Below are positions 49,759 through 57,883 of a DNA stretch of 64,000 nt, piece by piece. Both the position numbers and the translations under genes were made by a program. Every line of letters begins with the position of its first letter. The stretch's first letter is position 1. The notes under the pieces were generated by a model. The model ran no database searches. It worked only from the letters and a program-made list of their open reading frames with translations, and was not told the origin of the DNA. Source of the stretch: an uncultured bacterium (lineage in GTDB: Bacteria > Chloroflexota > UBA5177 > JANWHV01); assembly GCA_963827235.1 (NCBI GenBank), contig CAWHAE010000012.1:512001-576000 (forward strand), read 5' to 3'.

Positions 49759-50833
49759 GCCGGGGACCGAGTTACAGAGCGCGACGATTTACCAGGTGGC
49801 GGCCCGGGCGGGCGTCTCGGTGGCCACGGTGTCGCGGATGATCAACGCCAGCGGGTACGTAGGGGCGCGGTCACGCGAGCGCATCGAGTCGGCGATGAAG
49901 CAGCTTCACTACGAGCCGAATAGCCTGGCGCGCAGCCTCACCACCAAGCAGACAGAGATGCTGGCGCTGCTGGTGACCGACATCTCCGACCCGTTCTCAG
50001 CGCAGATCGCGCGCGGCGTGCAGGATATAGCGCGCGAGGTAGGATATATCCCGATCATCTGCAGCATCGACGATGATCCGCAGATCGAGATCGAGACCGT
50101 GCGCTCGCTGCGCCGCAAGCGGGTCGATGGCATCATTCTTACCAGTCTGACGCAGACTCACGGCGCCAGCAGCGAAGATCACGTGCGCGTGCTGCACACG
50201 CTGTGCGAACAGGGTCTGGCCGTCGTCTGCATCGGGCGGCCGCCCATGCACCCTCGCGCGGACGTGGTCACGACGGACACCGGCATGGGCGCGCGCTCGG
50301 CAGTGGCGCACCTGGCCGCGCTGGGACACCGGCGAATCGGCTTCATCGGCGGCCAGATCAGACTCGGCGTCGCCCTGGGTCGCCTCACCGGGTATCGCGA
50401 GGGATTGGCCGTTGCCGGGCTCTCCGCCGATGTCCGTCTGGTGCGTGAGGGATACCTGGACGAAGCCAGCGGCGGGCGCGAGACCCGCGCGCTGCTCGCC
50501 CTGCCCGATCCGCCTACGGCCATATTCTGCGTGAACGATCGGACGGCGTTCGGCGTGCTTTCCGCGCTCGACGAAATGGGACTTGCCGTGCCGGACGACA
50601 TCGCCGTGGTCGGCTTCGACGACGTGCCGTTGGCCAGCCTGGTCCATCCCGCGCTGACCACGGTGCGCCAGCCGGCGCAGGAGATCGGCAGGCAGGCGGC
50701 GACGTACCTGCTCGAGCGTATCGCCCATCCAGACACGCCGCATCAGCGGAGCGTGCTCCCATGCGAGCTCGTCGTGCGGCGATCGAGCGGACCGTTCCGC
50801 GCACCGGCGTTCCGAGCGGAGAGCGGCGCGTAA
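49742..50833 (+). CDS. LacI-family transcriptional regulator
   Basis: ATIYQVAARAGVSVATVSR; YEPNSLARSL; VPDDIAVVGFDD; LTTVRQP. Start inferred at GTG 49742. Confidence 0.93.
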   Translation: MKEVTQPGTELQSATIYQVAARAGVSVATVSRMINASGYVGARSRERIESAMKQLHYEPNSLARSLTTKQTEMLALLVTDISDPFSAQIARGVQDIAREVGYIPIICSIDDDPQIEIETVRSLRRKRVDGIILTSLTQTHGASSEDHVRVLHTLCEQGLAVVCIGRPPMHPRADVVTTDTGMGARSAVAHLAALGHRRIGFIGGQIRLGVALGRLTGYREGLAVAGLSADVRLVREGYLDEASGGRETRALLALPDPPTAIFCVNDRTAFGVLSALDEMGLAVPDDIAVVGFDDVPLASLVHPALTTVRQPAQEIGRQAATYLLERIAHPDTPHQRSVLPCELVVRRSSGPFRAPAFRAESGA

Positions 50834-50892
50834 CTCGCGTATACCGCCATGGTTGGCGACAGAAAGGAGGGCCCCAGCGCGCATATCGACTA

Positions 50893-50906
50893 TGAAACCC
50901 ATTCCA
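50893..50906. promoter_or_regulatory. LacI-type operator candidate upstream of the ABC operon
   Basis: TGAAACCCATTCCA, close to TGNAANCGNTTNCA. Confidence 0.5.
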
Positions 50907-50979
50907 GGTGGTGACCTGTAGTGTGTGGAATGCCGGCCAGTTTCCCTGGCTGAAGTTTTCGGGCAAAGGAGCAATCCGG

Positions 50980-52323
50980 ATGGAACTGTCGACGAGGATA
51001 TCCCGGCGGACCATGCTGCAAGGCGCTGTGGCCACGGGCGCGGCACTGGCTGCTGGTAGCGCCTTTCCCCGGTCGTCCCAGGCACGAACCGAGGATGCCG
51101 ATACCGTTACGCTGGACTTCTGGACCAATCACGACGCGGCGACCGACGTGCCGCTGTTCAACAAGGTGATCGCCAACTTCGAGGCCGCCAATCCCGGCAT
51201 CAAGATCCATCTCACCAACTATCCTTCCTCAAGCCCCTTCGATCCGTCCATCATTCCTACACGCGGAATCAGCGGCACCCTGCCCGACGTGTGGTACAAC
51301 CGCACCTACAACACGGCCGACCGCGCCAATCACGGTTGGACCATCTCGCTGGACTCCTATGTGAAGCGCGACAAGATGAGCATGAGCGACTTCTGGCCTG
51401 CCGAGGTCGCCCAGATGCAATGGAAGGGACACCTCTACAGCCTTCCCTACGACTTCTCGGATTTCGGCATCTACTACAACAAAGCCATGTTCGACAAGAA
51501 GGGCATCAAGTACCCGCCGGCGGACGGGAACTGGACCTGGGACGACGTGTTCAAGCTCGCGGCCGAGTTCGTGGAGAAATCGGGCGTGCGCCAGACGACG
51601 TTCGGTATCGATCTCACGCCGCTCACCTATTTCTGGAGCACGGCGGGATTCGTTCTGGCCTGGGGCGGCCAGTGGTATAGCGCCGATCTGCACAGCTTCC
51701 CGATCAACAACGACGGTGCCGCAACGCTGTTCCAGACCGTGGCGGACGCGATCTTCAAGACCAACTCGGCAATCAAAGGCAGCACGTTCCCGGCCGGGAC
51801 CGACTCCCTGGCTACCGGTCAGGTAGCAATGGACCTTGACGGCTCGTGGGCCACGCTCCAGCACCGCAATGACATCGGCAACCGATTTGACTGGGACGTC
51901 GCTCCCATGCCCAAGGGCCCGACAGGCAAGCTGCCGCTCTCTGAGGCCGGAGGCGCCTGGTCGATCGCGACGAACAGCAAGCATCCGGACGAGGCATGGG
52001 CCTGGATCAAGTTCCTGACCAGTACGGCCTCGGATGACATTCTGATCTCGGAGCCCGTGCGCAGCATGCCGGGGCGCAAGTCTGCCGTCCCACTGTGGGT
52101 CAAGACGGCCAAGTCGGCCGGTTTGCCGCCGGCGCACGCATCCGTGTTCGCAGACATCCTGCCCTACTCATTCAACGTGGCCTCCGTGCCCTACTACCAG
52201 GAGTTGCAAACCCTTTCGAGCACCTACATCGGCGATATCATGACGCTCAACAAGCCGGTGAAGGATACCCTGGCAAAGTGGCAGGCTGCCGCCAACGCCG
52301 CGATAAAGAAGTATAAGTTCTAA
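50980..52323 (+). CDS. Tat-exported carbohydrate ABC substrate-binding protein
   Basis: SRRTMLQG twin-arginine motif; IYYNKAMFD; WTWDD; WDVAPMPKGP; AAAGGAG RBS. Confidence 0.92.
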   Translation: MELSTRISRRTMLQGAVATGAALAAGSAFPRSSQARTEDADTVTLDFWTNHDAATDVPLFNKVIANFEAANPGIKIHLTNYPSSSPFDPSIIPTRGISGTLPDVWYNRTYNTADRANHGWTISLDSYVKRDKMSMSDFWPAEVAQMQWKGHLYSLPYDFSDFGIYYNKAMFDKKGIKYPPADGNWTWDDVFKLAAEFVEKSGVRQTTFGIDLTPLTYFWSTAGFVLAWGGQWYSADLHSFPINNDGAATLFQTVADAIFKTNSAIKGSTFPAGTDSLATGQVAMDLDGSWATLQHRNDIGNRFDWDVAPMPKGPTGKLPLSEAGGAWSIATNSKHPDEAWAWIKFLTSTASDDILISEPVRSMPGRKSAVPLWVKTAKSAGLPPAHASVFADILPYSFNVASVPYYQELQTLSSTYIGDIMTLNKPVKDTLAKWQAAANAAIKKYKF

Positions 52324-52467
52324 CCACCGCGTTCGGCCCACGGGCGTGAGCCGGCTTGCTCTTGTGAACGGTAAGACGATCGGCTGGGTCCGAGTCCCAA
52401 TCGACGGGTCAGCTCTCAGAGGATGAAAAGCCGGCTCCGCCCGCCCTTCGCGGGCAGGAGGCAGAGC

Positions 52468-53427
52468 ATGGCGATCGCAGAGACAGGCGGCGAGGCGCCA
52501 ACCCGGGTCAGACGACCCTACTTCTCCACGCTCGCGGGGCGCGAGGCGATCGTGGGGTACGTTTTCCTGCTCCCGTGGGTTATCGGGTTCCTGTGGTTCG
52601 TGGCGGGCCCGGTCGTCGTCGCGTTGGGAATGAGCTTCACTGACTTCAGCGGCGGCGCATCGTTTCACTGGATAGGCTTTGCGAACTTCCACGACATGTT
52701 CGCCCACGACGCCCTGTTCCCCCAGTCCCTGAAGGTTACCGCGGTCTTCACGGCCTTGACGGTGCCGTTGGGACTATGCCTCTCCCTGACCATCGCCTTG
52801 CTGCTCAATCATAAGGTCCGCTTGCTCCCTATCTGGCGCACGATCTTCTATCTGCCGTCGCTGGTCACCGGCGCGGCCATCGCGCTGCTCTGGCAGTTCA
52901 TGTTCAACGAACAGTTTGGCCTGCTCAACTCAGTGCTCAACATGTTCAACATTCAGTCTGTACCATGGCTCTCCAGCGAGAATTGGGTTATCCCGTCGCT
53001 GGTCATAGCCAGCCTCTGGGGCAGCACCAACGGCATGCTGGTGTTTCTGAGCGGTCTGCAGTCTATTCCCACCGAGTTGTATGAAGCATCCATGCTCGAC
53101 GGGGCCGGCCCGCTGCGCAAATTCAGGCATGTCACGATCCCGTTGCTCACCCCAACGATCTTCTACAACCTCATCCTCGGCATTATCAACAGCTTTCAAG
53201 TATTCACGTTGGTCTACGTGCTCACCCTCGGCGTGAACGGTGGCGCCGTGGGCGGACCCAACTACGCGAGCTATGTCTACTCGATTTATATCTACCAGAC
53301 GGCCTTCCAGTTCAGCCGGCTCGGGTACGCGGCGGCGCTCGGCTGGGTCCTGTTCGCTGTTGTGCTCGGCCTTACCGTTGCCGTGTTTCGCTCCTCCCGT
53401 TATTGGGTGTTCTACTCCGGTGAATAG
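52468..53427 (+). CDS. Carbohydrate ABC transporter permease
   Basis: LQSIPTELYEASMLDGA; GYAAALGW; AGGAGG RBS. Confidence 0.93.
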   Translation: MAIAETGGEAPTRVRRPYFSTLAGREAIVGYVFLLPWVIGFLWFVAGPVVVALGMSFTDFSGGASFHWIGFANFHDMFAHDALFPQSLKVTAVFTALTVPLGLCLSLTIALLLNHKVRLLPIWRTIFYLPSLVTGAAIALLWQFMFNEQFGLLNSVLNMFNIQSVPWLSSENWVIPSLVIASLWGSTNGMLVFLSGLQSIPTELYEASMLDGAGPLRKFRHVTIPLLTPTIFYNLILGIINSFQVFTLVYVLTLGVNGGAVGGPNYASYVYSIYIYQTAFQFSRLGYAAALGWVLFAVVLGLTVAVFRSSRYWVFYSGE

Positions 53428-53472
53428 CATGGAGGCTCGCATGCCGTCCGCCTGCAGGCGAGGGAGAGAACG

Positions 53473-54357
53473 TTGAACTCGACCGCGATACATGGGATTG
53501 GCCTAAGACGCCGTCGACGCGCTCGCTACCTTGCGGCCGCAGGACTGCGGCGTACGCTGCTGTATTTGCTTCTGGCCGTAGGCGCAGTTGTATTGTTGTT
53601 TCCCCTGTTCTGGATGGTTTCGAGCAGCCTGAAGCCGACCGACGAGTTGAACGCCTATCCCATCATCTGGTGGCCGAGCCATCTGGTTTGGGATAACTAC
53701 AGCACGATGTGGAACACGGTGCCGTTTCTCACTTACTTCAAGAATTCCTGCACGATCGCTGTCATCTCCACTGCAGGCACGACGTTCAGCTCATCGCTGG
53801 TGGGTTTCAGCTTTGCCCGTCTGCGTTTTCCCGGCCGGAACGTTCTGTTCCTACTGGCGGTCAGCACGCTCATAGTTCCCAACTGGCTTACACTCATTCC
53901 CCAGTTCGTGCTGTTCAAGAATTTGGGCTGGCTCGACACGTTTGCGCCGCTCATCGTACCGCAGCTCTTCGCCCAGCCGTTTGCCGTGTTCCTGCTGCGA
54001 CAGTTCTTTCTGACTCTTCCGCGCGAAATAGAGGAGGCGGCGAAAATCGACGGCAGCGGCTACTTCCGCATCTTCTGGAGCATCGGTGTCCCCGCCGTGC
54101 GGCCGGCGCTGATCACAGTCGCCGCGTTCACGTTCCTCTACAACTGGAACGATTACTTCTATCCCCTGGTCTACTTATCGAGCGACACCAATTTCACGCT
54201 TCCCCTCGGGCTGACGACGCTTCAGGGCCAGTACGTCACGCATACCGAATTGCTCATGGCGGGTTTGGTGCTCGCCGTGCTGCCGTGTATCGCGCTGTTC
54301 CTGGTCTGCCAGCGCTGGTTTATCCAGGGCATCGTGGTGACCGGCGTGAAGGGCTAG
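53473..54357 (+). CDS. Carbohydrate ABC transporter permease
   Basis: LLRQFFLTLPREIEEAAKIDG; QRWFIQGIVVTGVKG. Confidence 0.93.
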   Translation: MNSTAIHGIGLRRRRRARYLAAAGLRRTLLYLLLAVGAVVLLFPLFWMVSSSLKPTDELNAYPIIWWPSHLVWDNYSTMWNTVPFLTYFKNSCTIAVISTAGTTFSSSLVGFSFARLRFPGRNVLFLLAVSTLIVPNWLTLIPQFVLFKNLGWLDTFAPLIVPQLFAQPFAVFLLRQFFLTLPREIEEAAKIDGSGYFRIFWSIGVPAVRPALITVAAFTFLYNWNDYFYPLVYLSSDTNFTLPLGLTTLQGQYVTHTELLMAGLVLAVLPCIALFLVCQRWFIQGIVVTGVKG

Positions 54358-54553
54358 CCGAGAACGGCACGTCGCGGAGGTGGTTGGACGGGAGTCGCCG
54401 CACGGCATGGGTTGAGCGGAGAACGGCGTGTTTTGGGCGACCCGACACCGTCTCCGGTGCACGCCTGGTCGATCGGCAGAGCAGCGAAGCTTGGTGCGAG
54501 CATGTTGCGCGCGAGGCCCCTGGCGGGCCGGTGGTTAGTGGAAAGGTAGGAGC

Positions 54554-56479
54554 ATGGCGACCCTGAGCAGGAGCGAATACTGGGACAAGGTCTTTGGGTG
54601 CTGGTTGGGCAAGAACTGCGGCGGGACGCTGGGCGCCCCGCTGGAAAAGGCCTATTCCGAGCCGGACCCCTACAACATCGACTGGTACCCGGAACTACGG
54701 GAGGGCGGTATTCCCAACGACGACCTCGAGCTGCAGCTCATCTGGCTGAAAGCGGTGGAGGAGCGCGGCTTCGACGTGACCGCGCCGTTGCTCGCCCAGT
54801 ACTGGCTCGATCATGTCGGCTACAACTGGGACGAGTACGGACTGCACAAGACAAACCTGCGTCTTGGCCTCACGCCGCCCGTATCGGGCTTCTACAATAA
54901 CTGGTTCCGCGACTGCATGGGTTCGCCCATTCGATCCGAGATATGGGCGTGCCTGGCCCCGGGCGAGCCTGCCCTCGCCGCGCAGTATGCCTACCATGAC
55001 GCCATCGTCGACCATGCCGGCGGAGAGAGCGTCTGGGGCGAGATGTTCAACGCCGCTCTTCAGTCCTCTGCATTCGTGCTGCAGGATCCGCAGAAGCTGC
55101 TGGACATTGCATTGAGCTATATCCCTGCCACCTCCCTCACGGCCCGCGCCGTGCAGGCGGCACGGGCGGCGCACCGAGACGGCGTTGGATGGAAGGAGGC
55201 GCGCTCCCGGGTGATCGCCACCGCCCCGCATTACGTCGCGCAGTTCTCGCCACCCAACATCGGCTTCCAGGTGTTGGGCTGGCTTTACGGCAGCGATTTC
55301 GGCGACGTGCTCTGCACGACCGTGAACTGCGGCTTCGACACCGATTGCACCGGCGCGACCGTCGGCGCGCTGCTCGGCATCCTGCTGGGACGCCGGGGCC
55401 TGCCGGAACGCTGGACGGCGCCGCTCGGCGAGGCCATCGCCACCAACGAAAGCTGGGGCGGCCTGCGCAACACGTCCACCGGTGCCAATCCGGTACCGGC
55501 AAACCTGACCGACCTAACCGATCGCACGGTTGCCCAGGGTGAGCGCCTGCTCGTGCTGCGTGGCACCTCCCTGCGCATCGGCGAGCACACCGACCTCGCC
55601 GACCTCGACCCCAGCTCACTCTACGCGGCAGCAGGCAAGATTCCGGTCAATCCCGATCCTCTGCGCCTGCCCTACAGCCTCGGCGCGCTCGACGTCGGCG
55701 TGGTGTACGCCGACTCGCCGGCTATCGCCGTAGGCGCCCAGGCTCGAGTGAGCGTGGAGCTGCACAATCCGCACCGCGACCCGGTCCACGCCGTGGTACG
55801 CCTGGCCGCTCCCGATCAGTGGTCGGTGACGCCGGGCGACGCACAGGTGATCGATCTGCCCGCGGGCGAGGCGACCTCGCTGTCGTTCACCGTGCAAGTC
55901 CACGACCCCCAGTGCGTGGCGAACGGCAATCTGGCCCGGCTGGAGATCGTGCCCTCCGACCGGCCGGCGGAAGCGAGCATCCCGGTGGTCTTTGCAGGCG
56001 CGCGTTGCTGGCAGATCTGGGGACCGCACCCTGCCGGTGGCTCAGTGGACGCCGCGCTCGACGCGACGCACGCGCCCGAGCAGGACCCCGCCGGCGGCCA
56101 CGAGTGGCGTACCGTCTATGCTCCTGACAACGCCATGCCGCTGCCCGAAGACTGGACTGGCGTGCTCTACGCCCGTATCTACCTGCACAGCCGGGAGGCG
56201 CGGGAAGTGCGCATCGGCGTGCCGGCGACCTGCCCCCGCAAGCTGTGGCTGAACGGCAAGCCCCTGCACGAGGTGCGCGAGACCAATCTGCTCCGGCCCA
56301 ACTACAACGGCGACGGCATGTCCTACGTCAATACGTCGCTGGACAAGGGCTGGAACACGGTGCTGGTCAAGTACGTCCGCGAGGCGGGGATGCCGCCGTT
56401 CGGCGCGCACTTCATCCTTGCCACCACCGGGCTCTTCCACGGCGTGCACGACGTCGGATGGACGCAACTGCCCGCATAG
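54554..56479 (+). CDS. ADP-ribosylglycohydrolase-family protein with C-terminal NEW3-like and beta-sandwich domains
   Basis: GCWLGK..GGTLGAPLE, NDDLE, MGSPIRSEIW, GFDTDCTGAT; C-terminal VELHNP...APDQW and KLWLNG...L.KGWNTVLVK. Confidence 0.85.
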   Translation: MATLSRSEYWDKVFGCWLGKNCGGTLGAPLEKAYSEPDPYNIDWYPELREGGIPNDDLELQLIWLKAVEERGFDVTAPLLAQYWLDHVGYNWDEYGLHKTNLRLGLTPPVSGFYNNWFRDCMGSPIRSEIWACLAPGEPALAAQYAYHDAIVDHAGGESVWGEMFNAALQSSAFVLQDPQKLLDIALSYIPATSLTARAVQAARAAHRDGVGWKEARSRVIATAPHYVAQFSPPNIGFQVLGWLYGSDFGDVLCTTVNCGFDTDCTGATVGALLGILLGRRGLPERWTAPLGEAIATNESWGGLRNTSTGANPVPANLTDLTDRTVAQGERLLVLRGTSLRIGEHTDLADLDPSSLYAAAGKIPVNPDPLRLPYSLGALDVGVVYADSPAIAVGAQARVSVELHNPHRDPVHAVVRLAAPDQWSVTPGDAQVIDLPAGEATSLSFTVQVHDPQCVANGNLARLEIVPSDRPAEASIPVVFAGARCWQIWGPHPAGGSVDAALDATHAPEQDPAGGHEWRTVYAPDNAMPLPEDWTGVLYARIYLHSREAREVRIGVPATCPRKLWLNGKPLHEVRETNLLRPNYNGDGMSYVNTSLDKGWNTVLVKYVREAGMPPFGAHFILATTGLFHGVHDVGWTQLPA

Positions 56480-56494
56480 AACGCCAGCGAGCGT

Positions 56495-56525
56495 CTGATG
56501 GCCGGCTGCCGCGGCCGGCCATCAG
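56495..56525. repeat. Near-perfect palindrome after the ARH-family gene
   Basis: CTGATGGCCGGCTGC-C-GCGGCCGGCCATCAG with one G-T pair. Confidence 0.7.
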
Positions 56526-56814
56526 GCTCGTCGGTGGCCGCTAGCTCTGTCCCGGGATGTACAGCTCCGTCCCTTCCCAGTCGCGACCGGAGGCCGCCGT
56601 CACCCACCCAACCCAGGACCGCGGTCCCGCCTTTGGCGCCATGAGCGATCGCGGTCGCGGGTCATCGTCTCGCGTTCATCCGGCCGCAGCCGGACCCGTC
56701 CCTGCCTTCCTGCCGAGGATGGGGGCCGGGTTCCCCTGTCGCCGCCTTCCTGCCGCATACTTACTGGGAGCGGGCAGCCGGGAGTTGCTGCTCGCCGGAC
56801 GGAGGACGACGCCT

Positions 56815-57810
56815 TTGACGCCAAGAGAACGATTCCTGCGCGTGCTGAACTTCGGACGGCCCGACGAGCGGTTGCCCATGGTCGAATGGGCCGCCTGGTG
56901 GGACAAGACGACGGAGCGCTGGCAGGGCGAGGGCCTGCCTGCCGGCCTGGATCTCTGCCAATCGCTCGACTACTTCGGCCTGGATAAACTGCTACTGCTG
57001 ACTGCGGCGGCGGCGTCGCCGGCCTGCCCGCAGCCGGCCTCGAATGGTGCCGGCATCATCACCGACGAGGCCTCGTACGAGGCCATCCGGCCATATCTCT
57101 TTGCCGACGAGATCCTCGAGCAGGTGGTGCGTCAGGCGGAGGTGCTCAAGCCGGCTCACGAGGCGGGCGAGATCATCGTCCGACTCTGGCTGGACGGCTT
57201 CTTCTGGTTCCCCAGAACGCTGCTCGGCATCGAGCCTCACCTCTACGCTTTCTACGATCAGGCGGCGCTGCTGCACCGCATCAACCGCGAGCTTGCCGGG
57301 TTCAATGTCCGCGTCGTCGAGGAGCTCTGCCGGGTCCTGGTGCCCGACATGGTTGGGTTCGCCGAGGACATGTCGTACAACCGCGGGCCGATGCTCTCAT
57401 ACAGGCATTTCCGGGACTTTCTTGCTCCCTACTATGACGAGGTCATTCCCCATATCAGGAAGCAGGGAATCAAGGTGTTCGTCGACAGCGATGGCGACGT
57501 GACCTCGATGATTCCCTGGTTCGTCGAGGCGGGAATCGAAGGCGTCTATCCGCTGGAGCGGCAGGCAGGGGTAGACATCGCCCGCATCCGCGAGGAACAT
57601 TCCCAGTTCCTGATGATGGGCGGCTACGACAAGATGGTGATGCCGTTGGGCGAGGCGGCGATGCGCGCCGAATTCGAGCGGCTGTTGCCGGTGATGCGAC
57701 TGGGCGGTTACGTGCCCTCCGTCGATCACCAGACACCGCCGGGCGTGTCGCTGGAGAACTACTGCACATACGTGAGGCTGTTCCAGGAATACGCACGCAT
57801 GGCCGTGTAA
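56815..57810 (+). CDS. Uroporphyrinogen decarboxylase (URO-D/CIMS)-like protein
   Basis: GGAGG RBS then TTG; TPRERFL, AEDMSYNRGPMLS, VFVDSDG, YPLERQAGVD, GGYDK, GGYVPSVDH. Confidence 0.85.
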   Translation: MTPRERFLRVLNFGRPDERLPMVEWAAWWDKTTERWQGEGLPAGLDLCQSLDYFGLDKLLLLTAAAASPACPQPASNGAGIITDEASYEAIRPYLFADEILEQVVRQAEVLKPAHEAGEIIVRLWLDGFFWFPRTLLGIEPHLYAFYDQAALLHRINRELAGFNVRVVEELCRVLVPDMVGFAEDMSYNRGPMLSYRHFRDFLAPYYDEVIPHIRKQGIKVFVDSDGDVTSMIPWFVEAGIEGVYPLERQAGVDIARIREEHSQFLMMGGYDKMVMPLGEAAMRAEFERLLPVMRLGGYVPSVDHQTPPGVSLENYCTYVRLFQEYARMAV

Positions 57811-57883
57811 GCGGTGTCTTTCTTGTGGACCACGTCATCAAGGGCCTAACCGAGGCGCCGTGAAGTTGTAGAAGTGAGCCACC

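Noticed and set aside
48332-57810. Calling the URO-D-like genes hemE
   Set aside because: They lack the N-terminal RQAGR motif and sit in a sugar catabolism context.
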